A stretch of 63,788 nt of DNA, the filler included, from Octopus bimaculoides (taxonomy: Eukaryota): NCBI RefSeq assembly GCF_001194135.2. It is 8 parts of 8 records of this genome, joined end to end, with 100 filler letters (N's around TTAATTAATTAA, not from the genome) between each part and the next. Parts side by side here need not be neighbours in the genome. Positions count along the whole stretch, not along the records: positions 1 to 19,654 come from NC_068981.1; positions 19,755 to 28,901 come from NC_068983.1; 6 more parts are not named here. One strand, written 5' to 3'. Under the pieces are notes generated by a model. The model was given only the letters and a program-made list of their open reading frames with translations. It was not told where the DNA came from and did no database searches. The number at the start of each line of letters is the position of its first letter. Position 1 is the stretch's first letter. A program made the translations under genes and the position numbers. This document shows positions 13,480-24,193 of the stretch, in pieces.

Positions 13480-15013
13480 TCATTTACCTCCAATATCGAG
13501 AACAAAATACTTAGGTTCTTTTTTAAGCACTTTGTAGGACCCGGACTGTGGTGGCCGCAGTTGAGATGGTATCCTGTCGTTTCTCACGAAAACACGAATC
13601 CAAGTATTGATGTCCTTTGAGACATCTGAAGTGACGTTTTGTTGCCTAGGGGCTGCAGGGGACAAATTCAACATGGATGTCCATAATTGGTGCACATATT
13701 TTGCTGAGTCAGGAAGGTCTTGTGGTGAAACAGGTTTGATCATCTGCCCAGGTAAGCTGAGTGCTGTGCCATAGACGAATTCAACCGGAGTATATCCAAC
13801 TTCCTCCTTATCTGTGGATCGAATACCAAGGAGATGAGAGGGAGATGTTCCAACCAGTTAGAACTGTCTGAAGATGTTTTTATAGCTGCCTTGAGTTGGC
13901 AGTGAAAGCGATCAGCCATACCATTTGTTGTGGGGTGGTAAGCTGTAGTGCAGGTGTGTTTACATCCGAGGAGACAAGTCAGCTCGGTGAAAAGGTGGGA
14001 ATTGAACTGACGTCCTCTGTTGGTGGTGATAGTTGCGGGTGTGCCAAAATGCAAAACCCATTGGGATATCAGCGCTTTGGCGACCGTTTCTGCTGAAGTA
14101 TCAGATAAGGGTCAAGCTTTGGGCCACCGCAAAAAATGATCCACGCAGGTAAGCAAATGTGTATAATTCTGCGAAGGTGGCAGAGGTCCCATGATGTCAA
14201 TGTGAATGTGTTGAAATTGCGTGTCAGGTTGTGAAAAGGAACCGATTGGTGATTCTATGTGCAGGTAGATTTTCACTTTTTGACATGCGACACAGCACTT
14301 GGTCCATTCTCTGATATCCTTGCTGATACTGGTCCACACAAAATGGGTCAGTATCAGCTTTTGAGTGGGGCGAATACCAGGATGTGACAGAGAATGTAGA
14401 GCAGAAAAAACTTCTCAATGATGTTTCTGTGGTATATAAGGGCATTGGTGACCAGTGGAGATATCACACCAAATATGGGCCATAGATGATGGTAGTGAAA
14501 CATGCTGAAATTTCAGAGATGATGAATTCTGGAGCTTTAGAAGTTCTTCATCATTCTCCTGGTTAGCTGCTATACGTGCCAGATCAATTGTAGCTGTGGT
14601 GTGGATAGCATTGATCTGTGTGCATGAAAGTACATTGGCTGCTAAGTTGGTCATCCCTCTGATGTGGTGTATATCCATCATATACTGTGATATGAAGTCA
14701 AGGTGGCAGATTTCTCTTGGCGATCTGGCTTGGTGTGAAATGCATATACCAGTGGTTTGTGGTCGCTGTATATGGCAAAATTGGTACCTTCTAGCATGTG
14801 TTGGAAATGCTTAACAGCCTGGTATGCCACCAATAATTCCCGACTGAAGGTACTGTATTTCATTTCCACATGTTTTAACCGCTTAGCGGTTGCCATATGC
14901 CGTCAACAAGCTGCTGTAGCACACCTGCAAATCTGGAAGTAGGGCATCTGGTTTCGGATACACCAACATAGTAGCGTTGGATAATGCTTTTTCAGGGCAG
15001 CAAAAGAGGTGAG
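13480..15013 (-). pseudogene. Gypsy pol RNase H and integrase region, broken by stops and frameshifts
   Basis: Fragments in ORFs 14678-14896, 14415-14681, 14112-14339, 13740-14054 and 13480-13743 carry RNase H, zinc-binding (HPG...C..CQ) and integrase core motifs. Confidence 0.88.
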
Positions 15014-16141
15014 CTAATCTTCATTCAGGGCAATTTCCATGCTTTTGCAAGTTCGCTGACGTAGCAAATCTGTGAGCGGTTGCACTATCTCAGCGAGGTG
15101 AGGTAAAAATCTGCGAAAGAAATTCACTAAATAGAGAAATTCCCTTAATTTGCGGAGAGATGTGGGTGGTGGAAAATCCACGATGGCCTTGACTTTCTCG
15201 GGAAGGGGGCAAATGCCATTTTTATTGACGATGTGCCCAAGAAAATGAAGGGAAGCAACTCCGAACGAGTTGATAACAACACCGTATTTGCACAGGCGTT
15301 CGAATAGCAGGTGCAGGTGTTGGTCATATTTTTCGTCTGAGCTACTGGCCACAAGTAAGTCATCTATGTAGGCATAGATGAAAGGCAAACCTCTAGTAAC
15401 CATGATGATAAACCTTTGGAATGTCTGTGCCACGTTGCGTAAACCAAAAAGCATATGCAGGAATTCAAACATTCCAAAGGGTGTAGTAACTGTTGTCTTC
15501 GGGATGTCCACAGGTTCCACTGGGATTTGGTTGTATGCTCGCACAAGGTCGATCTTGGAAAAGATATGAGCTCCATGCAGCGAGCTAGAAAAATCTTGAA
15601 GATTGGGGACAGGATATGCATCACTTACAGTACAGTTGTTCAGCGATCGATAATCACCACAAACTCGCCAATCAGTCAATGATTTTTTTGGAACGCAGTG
15701 TATTGGTGAGGACCAGTTGTTGCTGGATGGGTGGATGATTTCAAGGTCAAGCATGTGCTGGAATTCCCGCTTGACGGCCTTGAGACGATCAGATGGTAAC
15801 CTTCTGGGTCTTGCAGCAACAGGTGGACCACTGGTTTTGATGTGGTGGGTAACTTCATGTTTGATTGGCTGGCTATGGAACACTGGTCGAGCAACGTCTG
15901 GATATTCTTTCAGGACAGCACTGTGGCGAGTTGTCATTAACAAAATAGTTGGGCTGGTTGTGGCCATACAAGCGATTATACCGCGCACAGTGAGCTGTGT
16001 AGTGCTGTTGACAAGTCTCCTGTGTTTAATGTTTACCAGGAAACCAAAATGATGCAGGAAATTGGCTCCTAAGATAGGGGTCGGCAGTTTAGCTATAATG
16101 AATACCCACTGGAAAGTGTGCCATAGTCCTAAGTTCAGCAT
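15014..16141 (-). CDS. Gypsy pol remnant ORF (protease C-terminus + reverse transcriptase), 375 aa
   Basis: [18 protein letters not shown]...[77 protein letters not shown]. Confidence 0.9.
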   Translation of the reverse strand: MLNLGLWHTFQWVFIIAKLPTPILGANFLHHFGFLVNIKHRRLVNSTTQLTVRGIIACMATTSPTILLMTTRHSAVLKEYPDVARPVFHSQPIKHEVTHHIKTSGPPVAARPRRLPSDRLKAVKREFQHMLDLEIIHPSSNNWSSPIHCVPKKSLTDWRVCGDYRSLNNCTVSDAYPVPNLQDFSSSLHGAHIFSKIDLVRAYNQIPVEPVDIPKTTVTTPFGMFEFLHMLFGLRNVAQTFQRFIIMVTRGLPFIYAYIDDLLVASSSDEKYDQHLHLLFERLCKYGVVINSFGVASLHFLGHIVNKNGICPLPEKVKAIVDFPPPTSLRKLREFLYLVNFFRRFLPHLAEIVQPLTDLLRQRTCKSMEIALNED

Positions 16142-16865
16142 TAGGGACTGTTCACCATAGCTTGGAATGGGTGAGTGGTTAACTACCTGAAGACAGACTG
16201 CTGTCTCGTTTCTTTTTCTTGAAGTATTGGAAACTGGAAACAGGGATTATGCTGACTTCCACGCTGGTGTCAACCAGGAAACGCATGCCAGTTACATGAT
16301 CGCAAACGAAAAACAAGGACTTTGTGGGTGCAAGCCATGAACTTCCGTCGCATTCAATTCCTGGCTGTGTCGTTTCCTGAATTAGATGATGAAAACGAAC
16401 ATGGGATCATGCATTTCTGCGCCCGTATTCCAAACTTTCGGTGGTATCAATATGTTTTATGCGAGCTGCAGGTAGCACTTGGGCTTCGGGACTGTCTACC
16501 AAAACGATGCGATCAGCTGTTGTTTTACGTAGTATACCAAGCAATAGAGCTTGTATCTGCTCTGTCAGGGCCTGTAAGCACTGGACAACAAAAGGAAAGG
16601 ATTGGTGGAAGGAATCACTGCCTGGAATGAACTGTGGATGTGTTTGCTACTGGGTTCTGTTCTGGGGAAGCCATTGTGTGCCAATCAATCACAGGAATTT
16701 TCAGTTCTGTTTCAATGCTGGGTGATGTGCAAGCTGTGATTCTTCAATGGGATCACGAAGTGTAGTGCCAAAAGGAAAGTTTAAAAGCAGTACAAAAATT
16801 GTTTTCCTTTTCCGAATGCAATCAAGTTGGTGAAGCCGGTTGAAGGGAAGGCTGCAATTCTTTGA

Positions 16866-16876
16866 CGGGGTCACCA
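16866..16876 (-). other. Primer-binding site complementary to the tRNA-Trp 3' end
   Basis: TGGTGACCCCG on the minus strand, 2 nt inside the LTR end. Eukaryotic tRNA-Trp ends ...CGGGGTCACCA, and CsRn1-clade elements are known to use this primer. Confidence 0.85.
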
Positions 16877-16878
16877 AA

Positions 16879-17426
16879 TGTAGTGATTAAGCGTGTATCA
16901 GTATGTGTTATGTTGAACAGATGCGATAGGAATGTGGATGTCTTTGAAGTAAACAAATGAATGACATCGATTCATAGTTAAAATAATTTATTCACTGGAC
17001 TTAATTTGTCGTTGGTACACAAATCTTCATTACATGCAAATGTTGACAACTGTTACGTATTGCTAGAAATAGAAACAAGTGGAGGTGATATGTCAGAACT
17101 GAATATGTTTTTGTGTGTATGTGTGCACGTAGTTCAGCTGAGACAGTAGTCTACCATGAAACTTCATTCGAACATTTCTCTCAGTCTCTGCAGTCAGCCA
17201 AAACCGTCTGTTGGCATCGCAGGTCTTTCTCGTCTGCCTCCTAGGCCTTTCTGTCTGTCTCTCTGTTGACCATGGTCACAGGTCAAAGGGAGATGATCTA
17301 TCATTTTTTGACAGGACAAAGAAAACCTTTTTTTTTGTGCTAGTTGATTGTGGTGGTTTGGATGACCCAGAATCCTTAGATTCGGTTTCAAATCTAAGCT
17401 TGGAGAAGGAAGTGTTAATTTTTACA
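16879..17426 (-). repeat. 5' LTR of the Gypsy element (~548 bp, TG...CA)
   Basis: Bounded by tgtag at 16879 next to the PBS and by ttttaca at 17426. An AATAAA lies on the element strand at ~16985. Confidence 0.75.
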
Positions 17427-19037
17427 ACTTGCTAGGAGCAAATATTCATAATTTTCAAATAGCCCAAAAGAGACTGCAGGAATGTGAAGAATTTCAGGCA
17501 TTTATTCAAACAAATCCACATAAATTATCACATGTAAGTTGTACAACGTGGCTATCTTTAGAACAAGTTGTCAAATGAATACTAGAACAGTGGCCTGCTC
17601 TAGTGTTATTCTTTACTACTGCTGTTATTGAAGATAACAACAGTGCAGCTTCAAATGTGCTGAACTCATTAACAAATCCAATCACAGAGATGTATTATGT
17701 ATTTATAACATATATTTTGCCAGATATTACTAAGTTGAACTTAGATTTCCAATCAGAAAGCTATAGAATGCACTAACTGCACAAATCTATTACATGTACT
17801 GTTAAGGGAATATTTAGAAACTTTGTTAAAAGAGAAATTGTGAAAAATAAAGAGCTACATGAAATTAACATCAATCATCCATCAGTGTTCCTTCCCATAA
17901 CTGAAATTTACAGATGAGAAAAAAGTTGAAAGCATCAGCTATTAGCACAGCTGAACTGAAACAATTTCATGTGAAAACATAAAATTTTTATGTGCGCCTT
18001 GGGAAGGAATTTTTTCAGTGCTTCTTTGCACATGATTTCTTCTGTAATTTGAAGCATCTAGAGACAATAGACCCAGTTAGTATTCATGATTTCAATGGTC
18101 TAAGTTCAATTGTTTCTCCGGCATGCAAATTTCCAAATATTGTTCAGTTGAGTCAGATTGAAGCTCTTAATAAAGAATGGAGAGAACTTAAATTTCAAGA
18201 TAACAATGGCATAACTGAAGCTACCAAACCCAAAAATTATTGATATAAAATTTCTAAGGAAAAATGTGGAGATGAAGCTTGTTATCCGGTCCTATCATGC
18301 TTTATGTTTCAACTCCTATCATTACCACATTCTTCAGCTGCAGCCAAGAAAATAGTGCAGTCCTAAATAACGTTAAAATCAAGAATAGGTTTAAACTGCA
18401 TACCCAAACAATCAATGCACTGCTACATTCAAAAAGTCTTCTTTGTGATGTAAACAGCACAACTTATACACCTGATGCAGAGCTTTGTGCTAAATTAAAA
18501 GAAGGATAAGGACATTGGTACAGCCTGAAATTGGAAAAGATCACAGTGCAGGCTCAACATTAGAAGCTGCTTTTTCGTACAGCATGTGACCGCTACCTGG
18601 AACAGTCTGCCAAACAGTGTGGTCGCAGCTCCATCAGTCAACGCCTTCAAGAACAGGCTTGAGGCTTACTGGAGGGAGCTTCCTGCAAAATTTGACCATC
18701 TGTTACTATTAGCTACAACTGTCGAAGTGTTGTACCACATAGGACAAATTAAGTGTACTAGTGGAAAAGGACCTGTGAACAAGCTCCTAGGAGCTTCAAC
18801 ACGGAAACCATCCAGTATCCAGTAAAAAGGAACCTCAGTGTTGACGATGCAACTTTCTAACTGTAAAGTAAGTACACTAAATATGTATAGTTCACTTTGA
18901 AATAAAGCCCTGTATGTTATAAACAATATATATTATGCATTTCAGTTGATTTATAGCCAAAATATAACAAATTAAAATTTTGGTACTTTTATTTTGCTAA
19001 ATCTGGTACTTTCATCAAAATATGTCTGGCAAGCCTG
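17427..19037 (+). mobile_element. 3' half of a hAT DNA transposon (transposase pseudogene + right TIR)
   Basis: FSNSPK.LQECEEFQAFIQTNPHKL...SCTTWLSLEQVVK*ILEQWPALVLFF and a dimerisation-domain-like stretch (SCSQENS.VLNNVKIKNRFKL...TINALLHSK). The end reads CAGGCTTGCCAG on the minus strand, similar to the CAGGGTTGCCAG TIR of Blackjack-type hATs. Confidence 0.8.
18508..18830 (+). mobile_element. CR1-type LINE 3' end nested in the hAT element
   Basis: GHWYSLKLEK/SQCRLNIRSCFFVQHVTATWNSLPNSVVAAPSVNAFKNRLEAYW matches the CR1/L2 ORF2 C-terminal pattern RGH..KL...RL.IRK.FFS.RV...WN.LP..VV.APSVN.FKNRLD..W. Confidence 0.8.
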
Positions 19038-19270
19038 GGTGTCAGGTGATGCCCGTGAGGGCGCTTGGCTTTCTCAACCCCTTAGCGAGCATGCTGGCTT
19101 GCTTCAGCAGGTTCCATTAAACCTTGTGGTGTGCAACCAGTTGTTGTGATAAAAAATATCCTCCATAAATGGTTTCAATAGTTTTAACAGAAAGATTTGG
19201 AAGAATTAGACGAAAGTTCTCTGATAATTTTCTTTCATGTAAAGCGTTTGACCCGGTGACGAGAATAAAA

Positions 19271-19463
19271 AAAAATTAGTTTAATAGGTGTAAAACAACT
19301 TGCTGGGAACGAATATGAAGAAAAAAAATGTGCACTCGCGAACGGAGGCGGGACTCGGAACATTCACATCCTGAATGTTCTGAGACGCCTCACCGGAGCC
19401 AAGAAACAAAAGAAAAATAGTGTAATAGATGTAAAACAACTTGCTCTGAACGAATATCAAGAA
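19271..19463. repeat. Imperfect ~55-nt hairpin (19343-19396) between ~50-bp direct repeats
   Basis: gaggcg-gga-ctcggaacattca[catcc]tgaatgttctgag-a-cgcctc. The repeat taatag.tgtaaaacaacttgct..gaacgaatat.aagaa occurs at 19282 and 19423. Confidence 0.75.
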
Positions 19464-19475
19464 CACACACATATA

Positions 19476-19506
<31 letters not shown>

Positions 19507-19530
19507 CATATATACACACACACACACATA

Positions 19531-19646
19531 TATATGTGTATATATAAAGAAGACCACTAGGTGGACGGCTAATGTGCTAGAAGAAGATCACTTTCTTCTA
19601 GCACATTAGCCATCCACCTAGTGGTCTCCTTTATATATACATATAC
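19531..19646. repeat. Near-perfect inverted repeat with ~50-bp arms and a ~7-nt loop
   Basis: tatataaagaagaccactaggtggacggctaatgtgctagaagaa-gatcact-ttcttctagcacattagccatccacctagtggtctcctttatata. Confidence 0.9.
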
Positions 19647-19654
19647 AATAATAT

Positions 19655-19753
19655 NNNNNNNNNNNNNNNNNNNNNNNNNNNNNNNNNNNNNNNNNNNNTT
19701 AATTAATTAANNNNNNNNNNNNNNNNNNNNNNNNNNNNNNNNNNNNNNNNNNN
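19655..19753. other. Assembly gap with artificial six-frame-stop linker (also 28902-29001, 48138-48237, 50832-50931, 54161-54260, 58746-58845, 60450-60549)
   Basis: All seven have the same ~44N-TTAATTAATTAA-~44N layout. The 12-mer places TAA in all six frames. Confidence 0.95.
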
Positions 19754-19754
19754 N

Positions 19755-19796
<42 letters not shown>

Positions 19797-20324
19797 TATA
19801 CATGTATATACATGTATACACACACACACACATGTATATATATATATATACATACTTACATACAGATATAGATTAGATGTACATGTATGCATAAATGCAT
19901 ATATAACGATGAATTTATTTACCTATCTCACTGCTTTCCGTATGTATATGTATATACATAAAAGTATTTGTACAAATGTCAATACGTGTTTGTATATAAA
20001 TGCCAATCTTAGTCGCTACACGTATATATCTATATATACATACATACATGCATGCATATGTATATATATATTTGTGTGTGTGTGTGTGTATGTATGTGCG
20101 TGTGTGTTTGTGGTTGTATACGTGGTATTTTGGTGGCTGGTGCTGTACAGTGCTGTCACAAGACGTTAGATCAAAGTCAATCCGGATGAGAGAGAGGTAT
20201 GTGTCTCTAGTTGCGATCTTCGTCTTTATTGCGACCACTTGTCACAAGCAATTGTTCAAAACTTTTACCTCATACTTGCAACGGACCGGCAACTCCAATA
20301 CCTACGTTCCTCTCACTCTTTCAC

Positions 20325-20363
<39 letters not shown>

Positions 20364-20668
20364 ACCTGTCTCCTTCTCTCTTTCTCTCTCTTTGTGTCTT
20401 TGCTTTCTCTAAAATATAGACGTTGTTACTTACTCCATGCCTGCCTGCTTCTACAGAAAAATGTACTTATTTTATGTAATCTTGTTTCTAACAAACTAGA
20501 AGACTTAAATCTCTCTTTCTTGTGCTTTCTGTGTTATTTTATTACATCTGTTTTATTTTTTTATTTCTTGCTTTCTTTTTTTCTTTCTTTAATATTTTTT
20601 TGCTTGTTTATTTTAGCCATGAGAGCAAGTATGAAATTATTTGTCTCTTCTGCGCCAATATTTCGGCC

Positions 20669-20669
<1 letters not shown>

Positions 20670-20752
<83 letters not shown>

Positions 20753-20815
20753 TGCCTTCGTCGTCGTCGTCGTCGTCGTCGTCATCGTCATCGTTGTCGT
20801 CGTTGTTGTCATCAT
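20670..20815. repeat. (CAT)n/(CGT)n compound microsatellite
   Basis: Direct reading. It produces the spurious poly-His/Ile/Met ORFs. Many other (AT)n, (AC)n, (AG)n, (AAT)n, (GAT)n and (GATA)n tracts occur throughout, e.g. 29850-30540, 57100-57720 and 62530-62960. Confidence 0.97.
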
Positions 20816-21106
20816 AGCCGCCGTAGTTGTCGTCCCTGTCGTCCTCACCGCTGCCGTCGTCTTTCGTCAGCTAGCATATGTATTTTGTTAACATTGAAGT
20901 TATAGAATTTGCAAGATCAGAGAATAAAGGAAGAAGTGGTCCTTTTCCTCAGTGTAACTCATCGTATCTTTAACTAATCAACTTCTTTCATATATTTGTA
21001 TTTTGTCTGTGATTATTTTGGCGAATTAACTCTACATCATGTATAAAATGGTGTCACTTTTTCTGAATAACAGTTTCTTACAAAACTACAATCATCAACA
21101 GGCTAA

Positions 21107-21315
21107 CTCTTTTACTCTTTTACTCTTTTACCTGTTTCAGTCATTTGACTGTGGCCATGCTGGAGCACCGCCTTTCGTCGAGCAAATCGATCCCAGGACT
21201 TATTCTTTGGAAGTCTAGTACTTATTCTATCGGTCTCTTTTGCCGAACCGCTAAGTTACGGGGACGTAAACAAACCAGCATCGGCTGTCAAGCGATGTTG
21301 GAGCGACAAACACAA

Positions 21316-21354
<39 letters not shown>

Positions 21355-21517
21355 CGACGGGCTTCTTTCAGTTTCCGTCTACCAAATCCACTCACAAGGC
21401 TTTGGTCGGCCCGAGGCTATAGTAGAAGACACTTGCCCAAGGCGCCACGCAGTGGGACTGAACCCGGAACCATGTGGTTGGTAAGCAAGCTACTTACCAC
21501 ACAGCCACTCCTCCGCC
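21107..21517 (-). mobile_element. tRNA-derived SINE (OR/OK-type), CpG-intact copy
   Basis: Full two-part element with an (actctttt)n tail, matching 22868-23267 in the opposite orientation. Confidence 0.88.
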
Positions 21518-21565
21518 TATGGCTCCTTAAATGATAAAAAAGATTTCATTTATATTGCTAAGTTT

Positions 21566-21928
21566 GTTCCTTAGAGTTTTACGATGGCCAGCCGAGAATC
21601 GAACACGAATCTTCGTTTCAGATAGGACAGTTACTATACGTAATTAAATTCCAGTGAGGTTGAACATATAGAACAGTGTTTGCTCAGTAATACAAAATAC
21701 AAAATATCTGAGAACTTTTCAGTCTATTCAAAAGAATGAAGAAACTATTTGTTCCTAGAGTTTTACGATGCTGAGCTGAGAATCGAACACGAATTATCTC
21801 AAATATGACAGTTACTATACGCAGTTAAATTCGAGTGAGGCTGAACAGCAATGTTTTCGCAGAAATACAAAATGCAAAAAAGAATATGAGAGCTTTTCAA
21901 CCTATTCAACGGAGTAAAGAAACTGTTC
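21566..21928 (+). repeat. Two diverged tandem copies of a ~183-bp unit
   Basis: gttcc(t)tagagttttacgatg...gagaatcgaacacgaat...gacagttactatacg..ttaaatt..agtgagg.tgaaca occurs at ~21566 and ~21750. Confidence 0.8.
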
Positions 21929-22867
21929 TTTCGTCAATAAAATCTATTTTGCTTTTATTGTCGCTGTAATTAAACACTTTGAATTTGGAACGTCAAGCCG
22001 TACTCTATTAAAATTTATATTATGTTACAGAAAATAATATCTTCAACTTGGTCCTGTATATTGAAAGCAACGTTACAATAACATTATTTTCAACCTTACA
22101 ATATGGTTTTCAACCTTACAATAATATCATCTTCATAATGGTTCCGTAAATCACAAGAACATTATCTTCAATATGGTTGTATATACTGCAATAACATTAT
22201 CGCTAATATGATTTTCTATATTAAAATAACACTATTTTCTCTATGTTACAATAATATTTTCGTCATTAAGGATTTTTATGCGTAATAACGATGTAACATT
22301 ATCTTCAATGCGTTCCAGTTTATTGGAACTATCATAGTGGCAGAAAAACAACTAATTCTCTTTGAATATAGAATACATTCTACAAACATAAATTTCACAC
22401 TGTCTTCTAACTACATATAAGACGCTCTACTTGCCTGGCATTGGACAAGTTGTCATAACAATGAATGACAAAAAGTAGAGGAAAACGTAGGAAAAATATC
22501 TTATTAATCAACGAAGAACAAAATCACCATTAGCCAAACATATATGCACAAATATATTCATATATGGATGTGTACATATGTAGTAAAAAATCTATACTAT
22601 ATATATGTGTGTGTATGGTTTAATATATATTTTTCAGTTCTTGCCCAGCCATGAAACGACACGTACTTTTCTCGGACCATTCTTTTCTTTCTCTGGACTT
22701 TCCCCACTTTCCTCTTTCTGACAAAGAGCCGTACTCGAAAGTCCACAACTCTTTTTTCTATTTAAAACTTTCTCTGTGCGTCCATCTAATACATTTACTG
22801 TGTACGCCCTTTTGACTTTTGGTGTTTTTGTTTTATATTTTATTTGCTTTTATATATATGTATATAT

Positions 22868-23267
22868 GCGCAGGAGTGGGTGCGTGGTAAGTAGCTTGCT
22901 TACCAACCAGATGGTTCCGGGTTCAGTCCCACTGCGTGGCACCTTGGGCAAGTGTCTTCTACTATAACCTCGGGCCGACCAAACCTTGTAAGTGGATTTG
23001 GTAGACGGAAACTGAAAAAGAAGCCCGTCGTATATGTGCATATATCCATATGTGTGTGTGTGTGTGTGTGTATCACAACATCGCTTGACAATCGATGCTG
23101 GTGTGTTTACGTATCCTTAATCTAGCGGTTCGGCAAAAGAGACCGATAGAATAAGTACTGGGCTTACAAAGAATAAGTCCTGGGGTCGATTTGCTCGACT
23201 AAAGGCGGTGCTCCAGCATGGCCGCAGTCAAGTGACTGAAACCAGTAAAAAAGTAAAGAGTAAAGAG
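22868..23267 (+). mobile_element. tRNA-derived SINE (OR/OK-type)
   Basis: gcgcaggagtgggtgcgtggtaagtagc...ggttccgggttcagtccc (A/B boxes), core, internal (GT)n, 3' part ending gtaaagagtaaagag. Confidence 0.88.
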
Positions 23268-24193
23268 TATATATATATATATATATATACTCTTTNNNNN
23301 NNNNNNNNNNNNNNNNNNNNNNNNNNNNNNNNNNNNNNNNNNNNNNNNNNNNNNNNNNNNNNNNNNNNNNNNNNNNNNNNNNNNNNNNNNNNNNNNNNNN
23401 NNNNNNNNNNNNNNNNNNNNNNNNNNNNNNNNNNNNNNNNNNNNNNNNNNNNNNNNNNNNNNNNNNNNNNNNNNNNNNNNNNNNNNNNNNNNNNNNNNNN
23501 NNNNNNNNNNNNNNNNNNNNNNNNNNNNNNNNNNNNNNNNNNNNNNNNNNNNNNNNNNNNNNNNNNNNNNNNNNNNNNNNNNNNNNNNNNNNNNNNNNNN
23601 NNNNNNNNNNNNNNNNNNNNNNNNNNNNNNNNNNNNNNNNNNNNNNNNNNNNNNNNNNNNNNNNNNNNNNNNNNNNNNNNNNNNNNNNNNNNNNNNNNNN
23701 NNNNNNNNNNNNNNNNNNNNNNNNNNNNNNNNNNNNNNNNNNNNNNNNNNNNNNNNNNNNNNNNNNNNNNNNNNNNNNNNNNNNNNNNNNNNNNNNNNNN
23801 NNNNNNNNNNNNNNNNNNNNNNNNNNNNNNNNNNNNNNNNNNNNNNNNNNNNNNNNNNNNNNNNNNNNNNNNNNNNNNNNNNNNNNNNNNNNNNNNNNNN
23901 NNNNNNNNNNNNNNNNNNNNNNNNNNNNNNNNNNNNNNNNNNNNNNNNNNNNNNNNNNNNNNNNNNNNNNNNNNNNNNNNNNNNNNNNNNNNNNNNNNNN
24001 NNNNNNNNNNNNNNNNNNNNNNNNNNNNNNNNNNNNNNNNNNNNNNNNNNNNNNNNNNNNNNNNNNNNNNNNNNNNNNNNNNNNCTGTTCTTAGAAATGA
24101 TGCCAAATCTATTTATAGAAATGATATCTGAGAGATTTTTTGTGTTTTGGTTACAGGGATAAGATTTTTAAACCCCAAGTAAGATGGATTTAA

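Larger units (their letters stand above)
12411..17426 (-). mobile_element. Ty3/Gypsy LTR retrotransposon, CsRn1-like clade, degenerate, gag largely deleted
   Basis: Order on the minus strand: LTR, PBS, CHCC-type gag knuckle (xYHRKFGIRAQKCxIPC), protease ([14 protein letters not shown]), RT (YIDDLLVAS), RNase H (YSTFSRELL..Y.AVKHF.HMLEG..F.IYSDHKPL), integrase (HIHIDIMGPLP; TTAYHP..NG), PPT, LTR. The left boundary is uncertain. Confidence 0.9.

Noticed and set aside
20000-20905. ORFs with poly-His, poly-Ile or poly-Met tracts
   Set aside because: They are translations of (CAT)n, (CGT)n and (TA/CA)n microsatellites, open in several frames and on both strands.
23208-24131. Long ORFs of 200-300 aa here and at 26.1-26.9, 33.8-34.7, 52.8-53.2, 54.9-55.7 and 56.4-57.3 kb
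   Set aside because: Their length comes from N runs translated as X.
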